Source of the DNA: Candidatus Agathobaculum merdigallinarum | GTDB lineage: Bacteria > Bacillota > Clostridia > Oscillospirales > Butyricicoccaceae | Direction of reading: 5' to 3' | Assembly (NCBI GenBank): GCA_019115425.1 | Contig: DXDO01000129.1 | Location: 1-43,541, forward strand | DNA length: 43,541 nt | Shown here: positions 1-9,089 of the stretch, in pieces | Numbering within the stretch: position 1 is the stretch's first letter | Layout: each line of letters begins with the position of its first letter | The notes under the pieces: model-generated | Database searches by the model: none | Seen by the model: only the letters and a program-made list of their open reading frames with translations | Told to the model about the DNA's origin: nothing | Program-made: the position numbers and the translations under genes

Positions 1-64
1 ACCTTGGGTCCTGATTTGTTGCTTTGGTGAGACATTGGGGGTGTTTTTGCGGGGAGGAACTCAA

Positions 65-520
65 TCACTTATCCTTGAGCAGCGAATTGAGCTCCTCCAT
101 AAAGGTATTGATATCCTTGAACTGTCGGTAAACCGAGGCAAACCGCACATAGGCAACCTCGTCCACCTTGCGCAGCTGCTCCATCACCAGTTCGCCGATG
201 GTCTTGCTGGATACCTCGCTTTCGAGCGAACCAAATACCTTCTGCTCCACATTATCCACGATCTGCTCGAGCTGCATCAGCGAAACCGGCCGCTTTTCGC
301 AGGCCTTCATCAGCCCGCCGAGCAGTTTCTGACGGTCATATGGCTGCCGGGTGCCGTCCCGCTTGATCAGCATCAGCGGCATACGTTCAACTGTTTCATA
401 GGTGGTAAAGCGTTTCAGGCACTTCAGGCACTCCCGCCTGCGGCGGATGCTTGTGCCTTCATCTGTCGGACGCGAATCGACAACCTTGCTGTCGTCATAG
501 CCGCAAAATGGACATTTCAT
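65..520 (-). CDS. nrdR: Transcriptional repressor NrdR
   Basis: MKCPFCG...RRRRECLKC zinc ribbon, RFTTYE, ATP-cone, [10 protein letters not shown] motif; 151 aa. Confidence 0.97.
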   Translation of the reverse strand: MKCPFCGYDDSKVVDSRPTDEGTSIRRRRECLKCLKRFTTYETVERMPLMLIKRDGTRQPYDRQKLLGGLMKACEKRPVSLMQLEQIVDNVEQKVFGSLESEVSSKTIGELVMEQLRKVDEVAYVRFASVYRQFKDINTFMEELNSLLKDK

Positions 521-565
521 CGGGGTTCACCCTTCCAATTCCATAAAATGTGATCTATTTTTATT

Positions 566-595
566 ATTATACCACCGCTTGTGTCATAAAGTCAA
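566..595 (-). promoter_or_regulatory. SigA-type promoter for nrdR
   Basis: Minus strand TTGACT-18 nt-TATAAT with TG extended -10. Confidence 0.7.
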
Positions 596-638
596 TAAAA
601 CGCAGTAAATTCCCCTATCCCTTGCGCCGCGGAATCTC

Positions 639-1430
639 TCACACCGGTGCGAAACGCGACAACACGCGCACCGCGCGCGCCAGCTCCTCAGCTTTCGTGA
701 AATTGTTTCGATACACCTCGATCAGCGTGTGTCCGTCATAGCCGACCGCGCGCAGACGCGAAAAGAAGTCCGCATAGTCCATACAGCCCGTGCCGGGCAA
801 AAGGCAGCTTTGATCCGCTGAAAAATCACTGATATGCACATTGACGATCCGATCCCCCACCGCATCGATAAATTCTTTCCAGTTCCGTCCCGCGCGGCGC
901 GCCTGCTTGATATCCAGCGTATAGCGCAGCTCGGGCACAGCACAGTACAGCGCGCGCAGGAAGTCCGGATCGCGCGAGCGGCACCAGGCCACGTTTTCCT
1001 GTGCCAGCGTGATCCCGCAGGCAGAGGCGATGCCGCACAGCCGCCGGTAGACCTCGCACTTCCGTGCCCAGCGCGCCGCATCGTCCTGATGCCCCATATC
1101 CCGCTCACCATGGAAGGTCAGAAAGCGCGCCCCCAATGCAGCGGCACACTCAAAATACCGCTGATACTGCATCAGCCCATCCTCGGTGCGGCGCTTGTAA
1201 TCCGAAAAAAGCAGCATCCCCTCCATCAGCGAAGTATATGGATGCACGGACACCACATCCAGCCCATAGCTTTTCACCTGCGCGCCGATCTGTTCATAAA
1301 AATGTGGTTCAAACTCGCTCTCGGTATTGAAAAATATCTCTACCGCGTGTACACCCAGTCCTGCCAGCACCGGCAGGATCTCCTCGACCGGCTGCGGATA
1401 AAAGCAGGCGGTTGAAATACCAATCCGCAT
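639..1430 (-). CDS. Sugar phosphate isomerase/epimerase family TIM-barrel protein (xylose isomerase-like/AP endonuclease 2)
   Basis: EN, LDIKQ, HISD and IE metal-site motifs; GGGAGG RBS upstream. Confidence 0.8.
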   Translation of the reverse strand: MRIGISTACFYPQPVEEILPVLAGLGVHAVEIFFNTESEFEPHFYEQIGAQVKSYGLDVVSVHPYTSLMEGMLLFSDYKRRTEDGLMQYQRYFECAAALGARFLTFHGERDMGHQDDAARWARKCEVYRRLCGIASACGITLAQENVAWCRSRDPDFLRALYCAVPELRYTLDIKQARRAGRNWKEFIDAVGDRIVNVHISDFSADQSCLLPGTGCMDYADFFSRLRAVGYDGHTLIEVYRNNFTKAEELARAVRVLSRFAPV

Positions 1431-1453
1431 GACAAACCTCCCATTCCAAAGCA

Positions 1454-1473
1454 GGGGCGCTCAGAAGCGCCCC
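1454..1473. terminator. Hairpin downstream of secDF (possible weak terminator)
   Basis: GGGGCGCT-caga-AGCGCCCC stem; poor U-tract. Confidence 0.4.
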
Positions 1474-1519
1474 CGTTATGATACCGTTTCCTCCTAAAGG
1501 GAAAGCCGCTGTTTTTCCG

Positions 1520-3958
1520 TCAGATCGCCTGCTTTCTGCGGATCTTCTTTCGGAAGAAGGCCCACAGGCTGACCGACAGCAGAATCGATGACCACGCGCC
1601 CGCCAGAATGCCGACGATCAGCGGCAGCGTAAACTGCTTGAGCGACGGTACGCCCAGAATAAATACCATGCCGATGGTAAACAGCGTCGTCAACGTGGTA
1701 TTGATGGTTCGGCCCATGGTCTGCCAGATGCTGCGCTCGGCGATCTCCTCAAACGGCTCCCTGTGTGCATTGCGCAGGTTCTCGCGCACACAGTCAAACA
1801 CGATGATGGACGCATTGATCGAATAGCCCAGGATGGTCAGCGCCGCAGCAATAAAGTTGGTATCCATCGGGATTTGCAGCCATACATATACGCTCAGCAT
1901 GATGAGCAGGTCGTGCAGCAGACAAACGACCGCCGCCAAGCCGCTTGTCAGCTCAAAGCGGAAGGTGACGTAGAGCAGCATCAGCGCGATCGCCAATACC
2001 GCGCACAGCACCGCCGCGCGTTGCAAATCGCTGCCGACCGAGGCGGAAACGTCCTCATTGCCATACAGGTCGGCATCCGTCAGGCCGTACTGCTCATTCA
2101 TCGCGTCGATCACCTGCTGGCGCGTCTCGGAATCGATGCTGGTCGAGCGGATCAGCACCTGCCCGTTGCCATCGCCCGACGAGGTGACCGAGGACGGCGC
2201 AATGCCGGTCGTCTGCTCAAACAGGTCGCTGACCTCGGTCTGAAGCTCCTGCGTCACGGTCTGATGCATGTTGAACTCCATCTCGGTGCCGCCGGCAAAG
2301 TCAATGCTCAGGTTAAACAAGTTCTTGCCAAACGGCAGCAGGATGAGCGCCACAAGGCCGGTTGCAATCAAGAGAGCGGAAATGCCGCCGAAAATCTTGA
2401 AGTTTTTCACCACGGGGAAGCGGCCGCCCTCGCGTGTTTTCTCGCGCAGGCCGTATGCCTTGGGATTGCGAATACGGAAATCCACCATACGGTTCAGCAG
2501 GAAATGCGTCACCGTCAGCGCGGTGAACATGGAGACCACCACGCCGATACCCAGTGTGGTCGCAAAGCCCACGATCGTACCCGTGCCGAAGAAGAACAGC
2601 ACACCCGCCGCGATCAGCGTGGTCAGGTTGGAATCCAAAATCGCGGTGAACGCGCGCCGAAAGCCAGAATCAATCGCGCTCTTGACCGTTTTGCCCATAC
2701 GCAGCTCTTCCTTGATGCGTTCAAAGATCACGACGTTGGCATCCACCGCCATACCGATCGACAGAATGATGCCCGCAATGCCCGGCAGGGACAGATTGAT
2801 GCGCAGCACGCTGAACAAAATGGCTTCGATCACAATGTAAAAGCCCAGCGCAAGGCAGGCGACCAGACCCGGCACGCGGTATACGATAATCATGAACAGG
2901 CAGACCAGCACCAATCCGATCACCCCTGCGATCAGCGAGGTGCGCAGCGCATCCGCGCCGAGCTGCGGGCCGACCGAGCGCAGCTCCGCCTGCGTCAGGC
3001 TGAAGGGCAGCTGGCCCGCGTCGATCAATCCGGCAAGCTGCTCCGCGCTCTCCTGGGTAAAGTTTCCGGAAATGGTGCAGCTTTCGCTGTCGATACGCGC
3101 GCTGACATACGGATCGGAAATCACCTGACCGTCCATCACGATCAGCAGCTGGTTATCGCCGTCGCCGCCGTTCTGCACCGAACGCTTTGCAATCTCCTCG
3201 GTCACATCCGCGAACTTCCGGCTGCCTTCATTCGTGAAGTCCACCTGCACATAGTTCTCCTGCATGCCGTTCGGCGTTGTCTGTCCATACTGCGCGCTCG
3301 CGCCCGCGATATCCGAACCGGTCAGCAGCGCATACTGTGCCGCGTCAACCGTCTCGCCGCTCATCACCGCGTTGGCATACGCAGTATATCCATCCCAATC
3401 CATAAACAGCAGCTGAGCGGTCGTTCCCAGCGTCTGCACTGCCTCCTCCGGATTGGTGATCTGCGGGATCTCGACGGTCAGACGGTTTTCGCCCGACAGC
3501 GCGACCGTCGCTTCGGTGAAGCCCTGACTGGTCAGACGCTGGCGGATCATGGCCTGTGCGGTCTGCATATCGTGCGGCAGATCGTCCATATTGTAGCCCT
3601 CCGGCAGCACGGCCTCATACACAATGCGCGAACCGCCGACCAGATCCAAGCCCAGACGGATGCCGTGCTCGGTGTCCATCACGCTTGGAATGATGGCGGT
3701 CAGCTCGGGCGTATCGTTTTCGGCCGTCTCATTGCCGGAAGCGTCCGGCGCTTGATCGGTCGGATCACCTGCGGCATCGGCGTCCGCTTCTGCGCCGTCC
3801 TCCGTGGTGACAGCCGTTGCAGGCGTGTCCTCGGTCGTGCCGCTGTCCCTAAACGGCATGGTCCATCCCCCCGGGATATACAGGCCTGTTACCGCCGTTA
3901 CGCCGAGAAACACGATCACCAGCATAACGACAATAAAGGAAATTACACTTTTCTTCAC
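1520..3958 (-). CDS. secDF: Fused protein translocase subunit SecDF
   Basis: LGLDLVGG, VGPQLG and GMAVDANVVIFERIKEE SecD motifs followed by IDFAGG SecF motif; GTG start with AAAGGAGG RBS; 812 aa. Confidence 0.96.
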   Translation of the reverse strand: MKKSVISFIVVMLVIVFLGVTAVTGLYIPGGWTMPFRDSGTTEDTPATAVTTEDGAEADADAAGDPTDQAPDASGNETAENDTPELTAIIPSVMDTEHGIRLGLDLVGGSRIVYEAVLPEGYNMDDLPHDMQTAQAMIRQRLTSQGFTEATVALSGENRLTVEIPQITNPEEAVQTLGTTAQLLFMDWDGYTAYANAVMSGETVDAAQYALLTGSDIAGASAQYGQTTPNGMQENYVQVDFTNEGSRKFADVTEEIAKRSVQNGGDGDNQLLIVMDGQVISDPYVSARIDSESCTISGNFTQESAEQLAGLIDAGQLPFSLTQAELRSVGPQLGADALRTSLIAGVIGLVLVCLFMIIVYRVPGLVACLALGFYIVIEAILFSVLRINLSLPGIAGIILSIGMAVDANVVIFERIKEELRMGKTVKSAIDSGFRRAFTAILDSNLTTLIAAGVLFFFGTGTIVGFATTLGIGVVVSMFTALTVTHFLLNRMVDFRIRNPKAYGLREKTREGGRFPVVKNFKIFGGISALLIATGLVALILLPFGKNLFNLSIDFAGGTEMEFNMHQTVTQELQTEVSDLFEQTTGIAPSSVTSSGDGNGQVLIRSTSIDSETRQQVIDAMNEQYGLTDADLYGNEDVSASVGSDLQRAAVLCAVLAIALMLLYVTFRFELTSGLAAVVCLLHDLLIMLSVYVWLQIPMDTNFIAAALTILGYSINASIIVFDCVRENLRNAHREPFEEIAERSIWQTMGRTINTTLTTLFTIGMVFILGVPSLKQFTLPLIVGILAGAWSSILLSVSLWAFFRKKIRRKQAI

Positions 3959-3996
3959 AGACTGGTTCCTCCTTTGATTGATTACATAGCTAAAGT

Positions 3997-4025
3997 AGTA
4001 TACTGCGGCATCCGAAAAAAGTCAA
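3997..4025 (-). promoter_or_regulatory. SigA-type promoter for secDF
   Basis: Minus strand TTGACT-17 nt-TATACT. Confidence 0.7.
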
Positions 4026-4040
4026 CCGCAGCAGTCTGTC

Positions 4041-4075
4041 ATAAAAAAAATGCCCGCTTTGCGGGCATTTTTTAT
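4041..4075. terminator. Intrinsic terminator downstream of purB
   Basis: AAAAAAAATGCCCGC-ttt-GCGGGCATTTTTT stem with A/T tracts on both sides. Confidence 0.75.
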
Positions 4076-4157
4076 AAAATCATGTCCTCAAATACACGCT
4101 GCACCCCACGCGGCATCAATTCCGCGCGGGCGCGGTACATCCATCGTTTCTGCCGGA

Positions 4158-5588
4158 TCAGAGGTTGATCTCCACCGTAACTTCCTCGCCGTCCAGATAC
4201 GGTGCGATCGCCGGACGGACACATTCGCTGATGAACTCGTCCACCTGCGACGGGCAGCGGCCGATATACGCCTTCGGGTCAAGATGCTCGAGGATCTGCT
4301 CGCGCGTCATGCCGAACATCGGGTCGGCTGCGATGCGGTCGATCAGATCGTTGTCCAGCCCTTCCTCCTTGACGCGCTTGCCCGCGGCCATCGAGTGCTC
4401 ACGGATGCGCTCGTGCAGCTCCTGACGGTTGCCGCCGCGCTTGACCGCGTCCATCATGATGTTCTCGGTCGCCATGAAGGGCAGCTCGTTCATCACATGC
4501 GCCTCGATCACCTTGGGGTATACCACAAGGCCGGAGACCACGTTGATCATGATGTTCAGGATCGCGTCCACCGCGAGGAACGCCTCAGGCACCGAGATGC
4601 GCTTGTTGGCCGAGTCGTCCAGCGTGCGCTCGAACCACTGGGTCGCGGAGGTGAACGCGGGATTCAGGCTGTCTGTAATGACGTAGCGCGCGAGCGCGCA
4701 GATGCGCTCGCTTCTCATCGGGTTGCGCTTGTACGGCATGGCGGAAGAGCCGATCTGGTTCTTCTCAAACGGCTCCTCGACCTCCTTGAGGTGCTGGAGC
4801 AGGCGCAGGTCGGTCGCGAACTTGGACGCGGACTGCGCGATGCCCGACAGGGTCGCGAGCGTCTGCGCGTCGATCTTGCGCGAATAGGTCTGACCGGACA
4901 CCGGCACCACGCCCGCGAAGCCGAAATCGTCCGCAATGCGCTTTTCCAGTTCCTTGACCTTGGCCTCGTCGCCGTCAAACAGCTCCATGAAGGACGCCTG
5001 CGTGCCGGTCGTGCCCTTGCTGCCCAGCATGCGCAGGTTCTCGATGCGGTACTCGACCTCGTGCAGATCCATGAGCAACTCGTTCATCCACAGGGTCGCG
5101 CGCTTGCCGACCGTGGTCAGCTGCGCGGGCTGGAAGTGGGTAAAGCCGAGCGTCGGCTGCGCCTTGTGCGCGTCCGCGAACTGCGCGAGCTTGTCCAGCA
5201 CAGTCGCGAGCTTTTTGCGCACAAGCAGCAGGCCCTCGCGGATCTGGATGATATCGGTATTGTCGCCCACATAGGCGCTCGTCGCGCCGAGGTGGATGAT
5301 GCCCGCCGCTTTCGGCGCGGCCTTGCCGAAGGTGTAAACGTGCGCCATAACGTCGTGGCGGACTTCCTTCTCGCGCGCCTTCGCGGTCTCGTAGTCGATG
5401 TCGGTCAGGTGTGCTTCCATCTCGTCCACCTGCTCCTGCGTGATGGGCAGGCCGAGCGCCATTTCGGCTTTCGCCAGCGACACCCACAGGCGGCGCCAGG
5501 TCGAGAACTTCATATCCGAGGAGAAGGTGTAGAGCATCTCCTTCGAGGCATAGCGCGAGGAAAGCGGGCTTTCATACACGTTGTTCAT
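4158..5588 (-). CDS. purB: Adenylosuccinate lyase
   Basis: SSRYAS, RHDVMAH, HLGATS, THFQPAQ and GSSAMPYKRNP fumarase-lyase signature; 476 aa. Confidence 0.97.
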   Translation of the reverse strand: MNNVYESPLSSRYASKEMLYTFSSDMKFSTWRRLWVSLAKAEMALGLPITQEQVDEMEAHLTDIDYETAKAREKEVRHDVMAHVYTFGKAAPKAAGIIHLGATSAYVGDNTDIIQIREGLLLVRKKLATVLDKLAQFADAHKAQPTLGFTHFQPAQLTTVGKRATLWMNELLMDLHEVEYRIENLRMLGSKGTTGTQASFMELFDGDEAKVKELEKRIADDFGFAGVVPVSGQTYSRKIDAQTLATLSGIAQSASKFATDLRLLQHLKEVEEPFEKNQIGSSAMPYKRNPMRSERICALARYVITDSLNPAFTSATQWFERTLDDSANKRISVPEAFLAVDAILNIMINVVSGLVVYPKVIEAHVMNELPFMATENIMMDAVKRGGNRQELHERIREHSMAAGKRVKEEGLDNDLIDRIAADPMFGMTREQILEHLDPKAYIGRCPSQVDEFISECVRPAIAPYLDGEEVTVEINL

Positions 5589-5657
5589 GTCAGTCGTCCT
5601 TTCCGGTCAGTTGATCGTGATCCAGTGATGGATCATTTCAGATTTTCAGCCGATTTT

Positions 5658-5686
5658 AGTTTAACACCGAACCCGCTGTTTTTCAA
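5658..5686 (-). promoter_or_regulatory. SigA-type promoter for purB
   Basis: Minus strand TTGAAA-17 nt-TAAACT with TG extended -10. Confidence 0.55.
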
Positions 5687-5776
5687 GCAGGCGGCGGCGT
5701 TTTGCCCATATATTGTAGCAATAAACAAACTTTCTCCCACCTCCGCCCATGTATTTGATGTGTTCCGCCGCCATGC

Positions 5777-5805
5777 TTGACTGCCGCGCCCGCACATGTT
5801 ATCAT
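5777..5805 (+). promoter_or_regulatory. SigA-type promoter for the GNAT gene
   Basis: TTGACT-17 nt-TATCAT with TG extended -10. Confidence 0.65.
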
Positions 5806-5836
5806 CAAGGCAGCAAAGGCGCAGGAGGTGCATGGT

Positions 5837-6475
5837 ATGCGAAAAGCCCGGCAGGAGGAGCGCGCAGCGCTCGCCGCATTGATGTTCGACCAGTTTTACG
5901 AAAAAGAGGAATTGCAGCAGCAGTTTTCCGGCGTGGACGAGCAGACCGCCCGCCGTTTTGGGCCCTCGATGCTCAGCCTCGGGCAGGGCTATTTCTTTAC
6001 GCACGGCGATGTGTTCGTCTGCGAGGGCGCGGACGGCGCGCCCATCGGTGCGATCGTCGGCGCGGACCCGCGCCGCCTGTCCCGTCTCGGCCCGCTCGGG
6101 CAGCTTTTCTACGCCCTGCGGAACGGAAAAATGCTGCGTACTATCCCACGGCCGCTGCTCGCGCAGCTGATGCGCAACAGCCGCCCGGTCATGGAGGTAC
6201 ACAGCATGAACTGGTACAGGCGGTACTGCAAGCATCCCTATTATATCGCCCAGTTCGGGGTGGACAAGGCGCACCGCGGCAGCGGCGCGGCCCGCGAACT
6301 GCTCGACGGCGTGATAGCCCATGCGGCCGCACAGGGCTATCCGGCGGTCGCGCTCGAAACGCTCTCGCGCGAAAACGTGCCCATGTACCTGCATTTTGGC
6401 TTTTTCCTCAAGCAGGTATACACCTGCGGCGCGTTTACTGAATACCGACTGATCAAATATCTGCCGCAGTCATAA
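5837..6475 (+). CDS. GNAT family N-acetyltransferase
   Basis: FGVDKAHRGSGAA acetyl-CoA motif A, LET..ENVPMYLHFGF motif B; ATG at 5837 after AGGAGG; 212 aa. Confidence 0.85.
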   Translation: MRKARQEERAALAALMFDQFYEKEELQQQFSGVDEQTARRFGPSMLSLGQGYFFTHGDVFVCEGADGAPIGAIVGADPRRLSRLGPLGQLFYALRNGKMLRTIPRPLLAQLMRNSRPVMEVHSMNWYRRYCKHPYYIAQFGVDKAHRGSGAARELLDGVIAHAAAQGYPAVALETLSRENVPMYLHFGFFLKQVYTCGAFTEYRLIKYLPQS

Positions 6476-6481
6476 TCAAAG

Positions 6482-6510
6482 GCGGGAGCGCATTACGCTC
6501 CCGCTGCTTT
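6482..6510. terminator. Terminator hairpin between the convergent GNAT and hypothetical genes
   Basis: GCGGGAGCG-catta-CGCTCCCGC, 7 nt after the GNAT stop. Confidence 0.65.
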
Positions 6511-6555
6511 ATCAGAACAGTTTCCATATCTGCCCTCGCCGCCTAAAACCATTCT

Positions 6556-7029
6556 TTATTCGTTTATCAGGCATTGCCTCAGGCGCTGTATCCGCGCAAA
6601 AAATTCTTTGGCCTCAAAAGGAACCACAGCCAGCGAGGGAGGATAGCTGCGGAAAAAATCCTCGGCCGCGTCCAACAACTTGCCACACAACTGCGCAAAA
6701 TCCGCGGTCAGCTTCGGCTGCCCGTCCATCTGCAAAGCCATCCGCCTTCCTGACAACCGCTGGATACGGCCCTCATGCGGATGATCTGGGCAGCACAACA
6801 CCGCTTCATCCGTCTCGCACAGCTGTTCCAGTGCATTCAATACGCATTGCCACAGTTCCTCAATGCAGCCATCAAGCGCATTTCCCTGCTCCCCGCAATC
6901 TACGGTGATGATACCGTCGATATACTCCTCAGGCTTCTTAACGAACGGATATTCCGCCAGCTGCTCCAGCGGCACATACCGCCGCGCATTTGGTATGCAT
7001 ATCTCGGTCGTGATCCGGATCTGTTCCAT
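6556..7029 (-). CDS. Hypothetical protein (157 aa), possibly immunity-protein-like
   Basis: ATG at 7029 after AAAGAGGA RBS, directly downstream of the aminotransferase; no family recognised with confidence. Confidence 0.65.
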   Translation of the reverse strand: MEQIRITTEICIPNARRYVPLEQLAEYPFVKKPEEYIDGIITVDCGEQGNALDGCIEELWQCVLNALEQLCETDEAVLCCPDHPHEGRIQRLSGRRMALQMDGQPKLTADFAQLCGKLLDAAEDFFRSYPPSLAVVPFEAKEFFARIQRLRQCLINE

Positions 7030-7087
7030 ACTGTCCTCTTTCTGCAAAGCGGCGCCCTTTTCAGAGCACCGCTTCTTGATCCCTCTC

Positions 7088-8287
7088 TTATGCGTTTTTG
7101 ATAAACGCCTCCAGCCGGTCGAGGCCCTTGTCGATCTCATCCAGCGAGGTCGCATAGCTCCAGCGGACAAAGCCCGGGGCTGCAAACGCGGTGCACGGTA
7201 CGGTCGCCACAAGGCCCTTCTCGAGGAACAGCTGCGCGAAGTCCTCCGCGCTCTCGATGGTCTTGCCGTACATGGACTTGCCGATAAAGCTCTTCATATT
7301 CATCATAACATAGAACGCGCCCTGCGGCTTGATGCAGGAAACGCCCTCGATGCGGTTCATGCGCTCGACAAGGTGGTCGCGGCGCTTCTCAAACGCCTGC
7401 TTCATCACCTGCATATCCTCCTGCGGGCCGCGCAGCGCGACGATCGCCGCATGCTGCGAGATCGTGGACGGCGCGGAGGTCGAGTGGCTCAGGTAATTGC
7501 TCATCACCTTGGCAAGCTCGGGGTTGGATGCGCTGTAACCGATGCGCCAGCCGGTCATGGCATAACTCTTGGACACGCCGTTGACAATGATCGTGCGCGC
7601 TTTCACGTCTTCACTGAGCGACGCAAAGGACACGAACTCGATGTCGTCATACACGAGATTGCAATAGATTTCATCTGCAATAACATAGATATTGTGGCGG
7701 CAGCAGACCTCGGCAATGGCTTCCAGCTCTTCGCGGGTATAGACCATACCGGTCGGGTTGCAGGGCGAGTTGAGCATAAACACCTTGGTCTTATCCGTGA
7801 TCGCGGCATCCAGCTGCTCGGCGGTGATCTTGAAGTCCTGCTCCTCCTCAGCGGCGACGATCACGGGCACCGCGCCCGCCTGCTTGACCATCTCGGAGTA
7901 GCTGACCCAGTACGGCGCGGCGATGACGACCTCGTCCCCCGGGTTGCACAGCGTCATCAGGGCAACGTAAACCGAGTGCTTTGCGCCGGAGGCAACCACG
8001 ATCTGCTTCGGCTCATACTCCAGGCCGAAATCGGTTTTCAGACGATAGCACGCAGCCTCGCGCAGCTCCATCAGGCCGGCGGCCGGGGTGTACTTGGTCT
8101 GGTTGGTCTCGATCGCCTCAATGCCCGCCTGCTTGATGTGCTCGGGCGTGGGGAAGTCCGGCTCGCCTGCGCCGAAGCCGACGACATCCTTGCCTTCCGC
8201 CTTCATCTGCTTGAACAGCGAGTCGATTACAAGTGTGGTAGACGCTTGTACCCCCGCTGCGATCCTCGAAATCGGTTTCAATGCCAC
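7088..8287 (-). CDS. aspB: PLP-dependent class I aminotransferase (aspartate aminotransferase)
   Basis: GAGEPDF, NSPCNPTG, DEIY and SKSYAMTGWRIG (PLP lysine); GTG start; 399 aa. Confidence 0.9.
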   Translation of the reverse strand: MALKPISRIAAGVQASTTLVIDSLFKQMKAEGKDVVGFGAGEPDFPTPEHIKQAGIEAIETNQTKYTPAAGLMELREAACYRLKTDFGLEYEPKQIVVASGAKHSVYVALMTLCNPGDEVVIAAPYWVSYSEMVKQAGAVPVIVAAEEEQDFKITAEQLDAAITDKTKVFMLNSPCNPTGMVYTREELEAIAEVCCRHNIYVIADEIYCNLVYDDIEFVSFASLSEDVKARTIIVNGVSKSYAMTGWRIGYSASNPELAKVMSNYLSHSTSAPSTISQHAAIVALRGPQEDMQVMKQAFEKRRDHLVERMNRIEGVSCIKPQGAFYVMMNMKSFIGKSMYGKTIESAEDFAQLFLEKGLVATVPCTAFAAPGFVRWSYATSLDEIDKGLDRLEAFIKNA

Positions 8288-8323
8288 TGGTTACGCACTC
8301 CCTTTTCATCTCTCTATGATTTT

Positions 8324-8352
8324 ATTATATGCTCGTTGCTGCTCTTTTGCAA
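8324..8352 (-). promoter_or_regulatory. SigA-type promoter for the aminotransferase
   Basis: Minus strand TTGCAA-17 nt-TATAAT. Confidence 0.65.
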
Positions 8353-8390
8353 GTATGCGTCCGTCAAATTGCAAAACTGCCCGAATAGAA

Positions 8391-8414
8391 AAAACCGCCA
8401 ATTTCGGCGGTTTT
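8391..8414 (-). terminator. Intrinsic terminator after thiN
   Basis: AAAACCGCC-aatttc-GGCGGTTTT with T-tract on the minus strand, 13 nt past the thiN stop. Confidence 0.7.
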
Positions 8415-8426
8415 CGTGTGAAATAT

Positions 8427-9089
8427 TCACAAAGCGCGCGAAAAGTCGCGCGAAAAGACGACGAGCGCACGCCCGTCCCGGATTTCGACCACAAACGTCT
8501 CGCCTGCGGCCGCCTCGTTGGAAATAGTGATCATACCAGCGCGGGTGACAGTCGCCTCGCGCAGCGGGTATTTCGCGTTTTCAATGGTCACGCCGGTCAG
8601 CACCGCGTCGAGCGGCACGATGGAGAAATACCGGTATTCCGGCGGCATTATGAATTTTTGGCGGCCACCCTCATGCAAAACGATTGAGTTCTGCCGGTCG
8701 AGCACGGTCAGGCGCCCGCCCATCGCGCGCGCCTCCTCCAGAAGCGAGAGATTGGCCAGCTCGTGATCGATGCGCCCGCCGGTCGCGCAGACCAGCGTCG
8801 CCTCGGCGCAGCCGCGGCGAAACACCTCGCGCAGGCAGCCCTGCGTATCCGTGTCGTCCTTCTCGGGTTTCAGGCGGATGATCTCCGTGCCTTCGACCTC
8901 GGGCATGGAATCGCAGTCCGAGATCATGAAGTCCGGGTGCAGGCCGAGCGCGCGCGCATGGCGCAGCCCGCCGTCCGCGCAGGCGATCAGCGCGTCCGGA
9001 TGCGCATCCAGAAACGCGCGGATGTAGCCGTATTCGGTTTCCGGCGCTGCGGCGAAAATCAGCGCGTGCCGCCCTTCGTAAGCTCCCAT
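8427..9089 (-). CDS. thiN: Thiamine diphosphokinase
   Basis: ADGG, D.DS, KDDTD, GGRIDH, KYPL and ISNE motifs; overlaps the end of rsgA. Confidence 0.93.
   Translation of the reverse strand: MGAYEGRHALIFAAAPETEYGYIRAFLDAHPDALIACADGGLRHARALGLHPDFMISDCDSMPEVEGTEIIRLKPEKDDTDTQGCLREVFRRGCAEATLVCATGGRIDHELANLSLLEEARAMGGRLTVLDRQNSIVLHEGGRQKFIMPPEYRYFSIVPLDAVLTGVTIENAKYPLREATVTRAGMITISNEAAAGETFVVEIRDGRALVVFSRDFSRAL

Noticed and set aside
521-600. NrdR box upstream of nrdR
   Set aside because: No convincing match to the ACAC.ATAT.T.G palindrome.
4032-4075. CAGTCTGTC followed by an ATAAAAA...TTTTTAT hairpin, a possible sixth element copy
   Set aside because: Lacks the ACATGYG loop and the other hairpins; position and shape fit the purB terminator. 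A distant relationship cannot be excluded.
1763-4168. 801-aa plus-strand ORF, and similar long antisense ORFs (4050-5780, 6863-8527, 9930-11267, 26959-28647, 38511-40403, 40664-42010)
   Set aside because: Shadow frames of well-identified minus-strand genes; high GC3 codon bias suppresses antisense stops and they show no recognisable motifs.
5589-5657. Possible purine/ZTP riboswitch or PurBox ahead of purB (small palindrome TGATCCA-gtga-TGGATCA)
   Set aside because: The leader is only about 60 nt and lacks recognisable purine or pfl riboswitch cores; one hairpin is not enough evidence.
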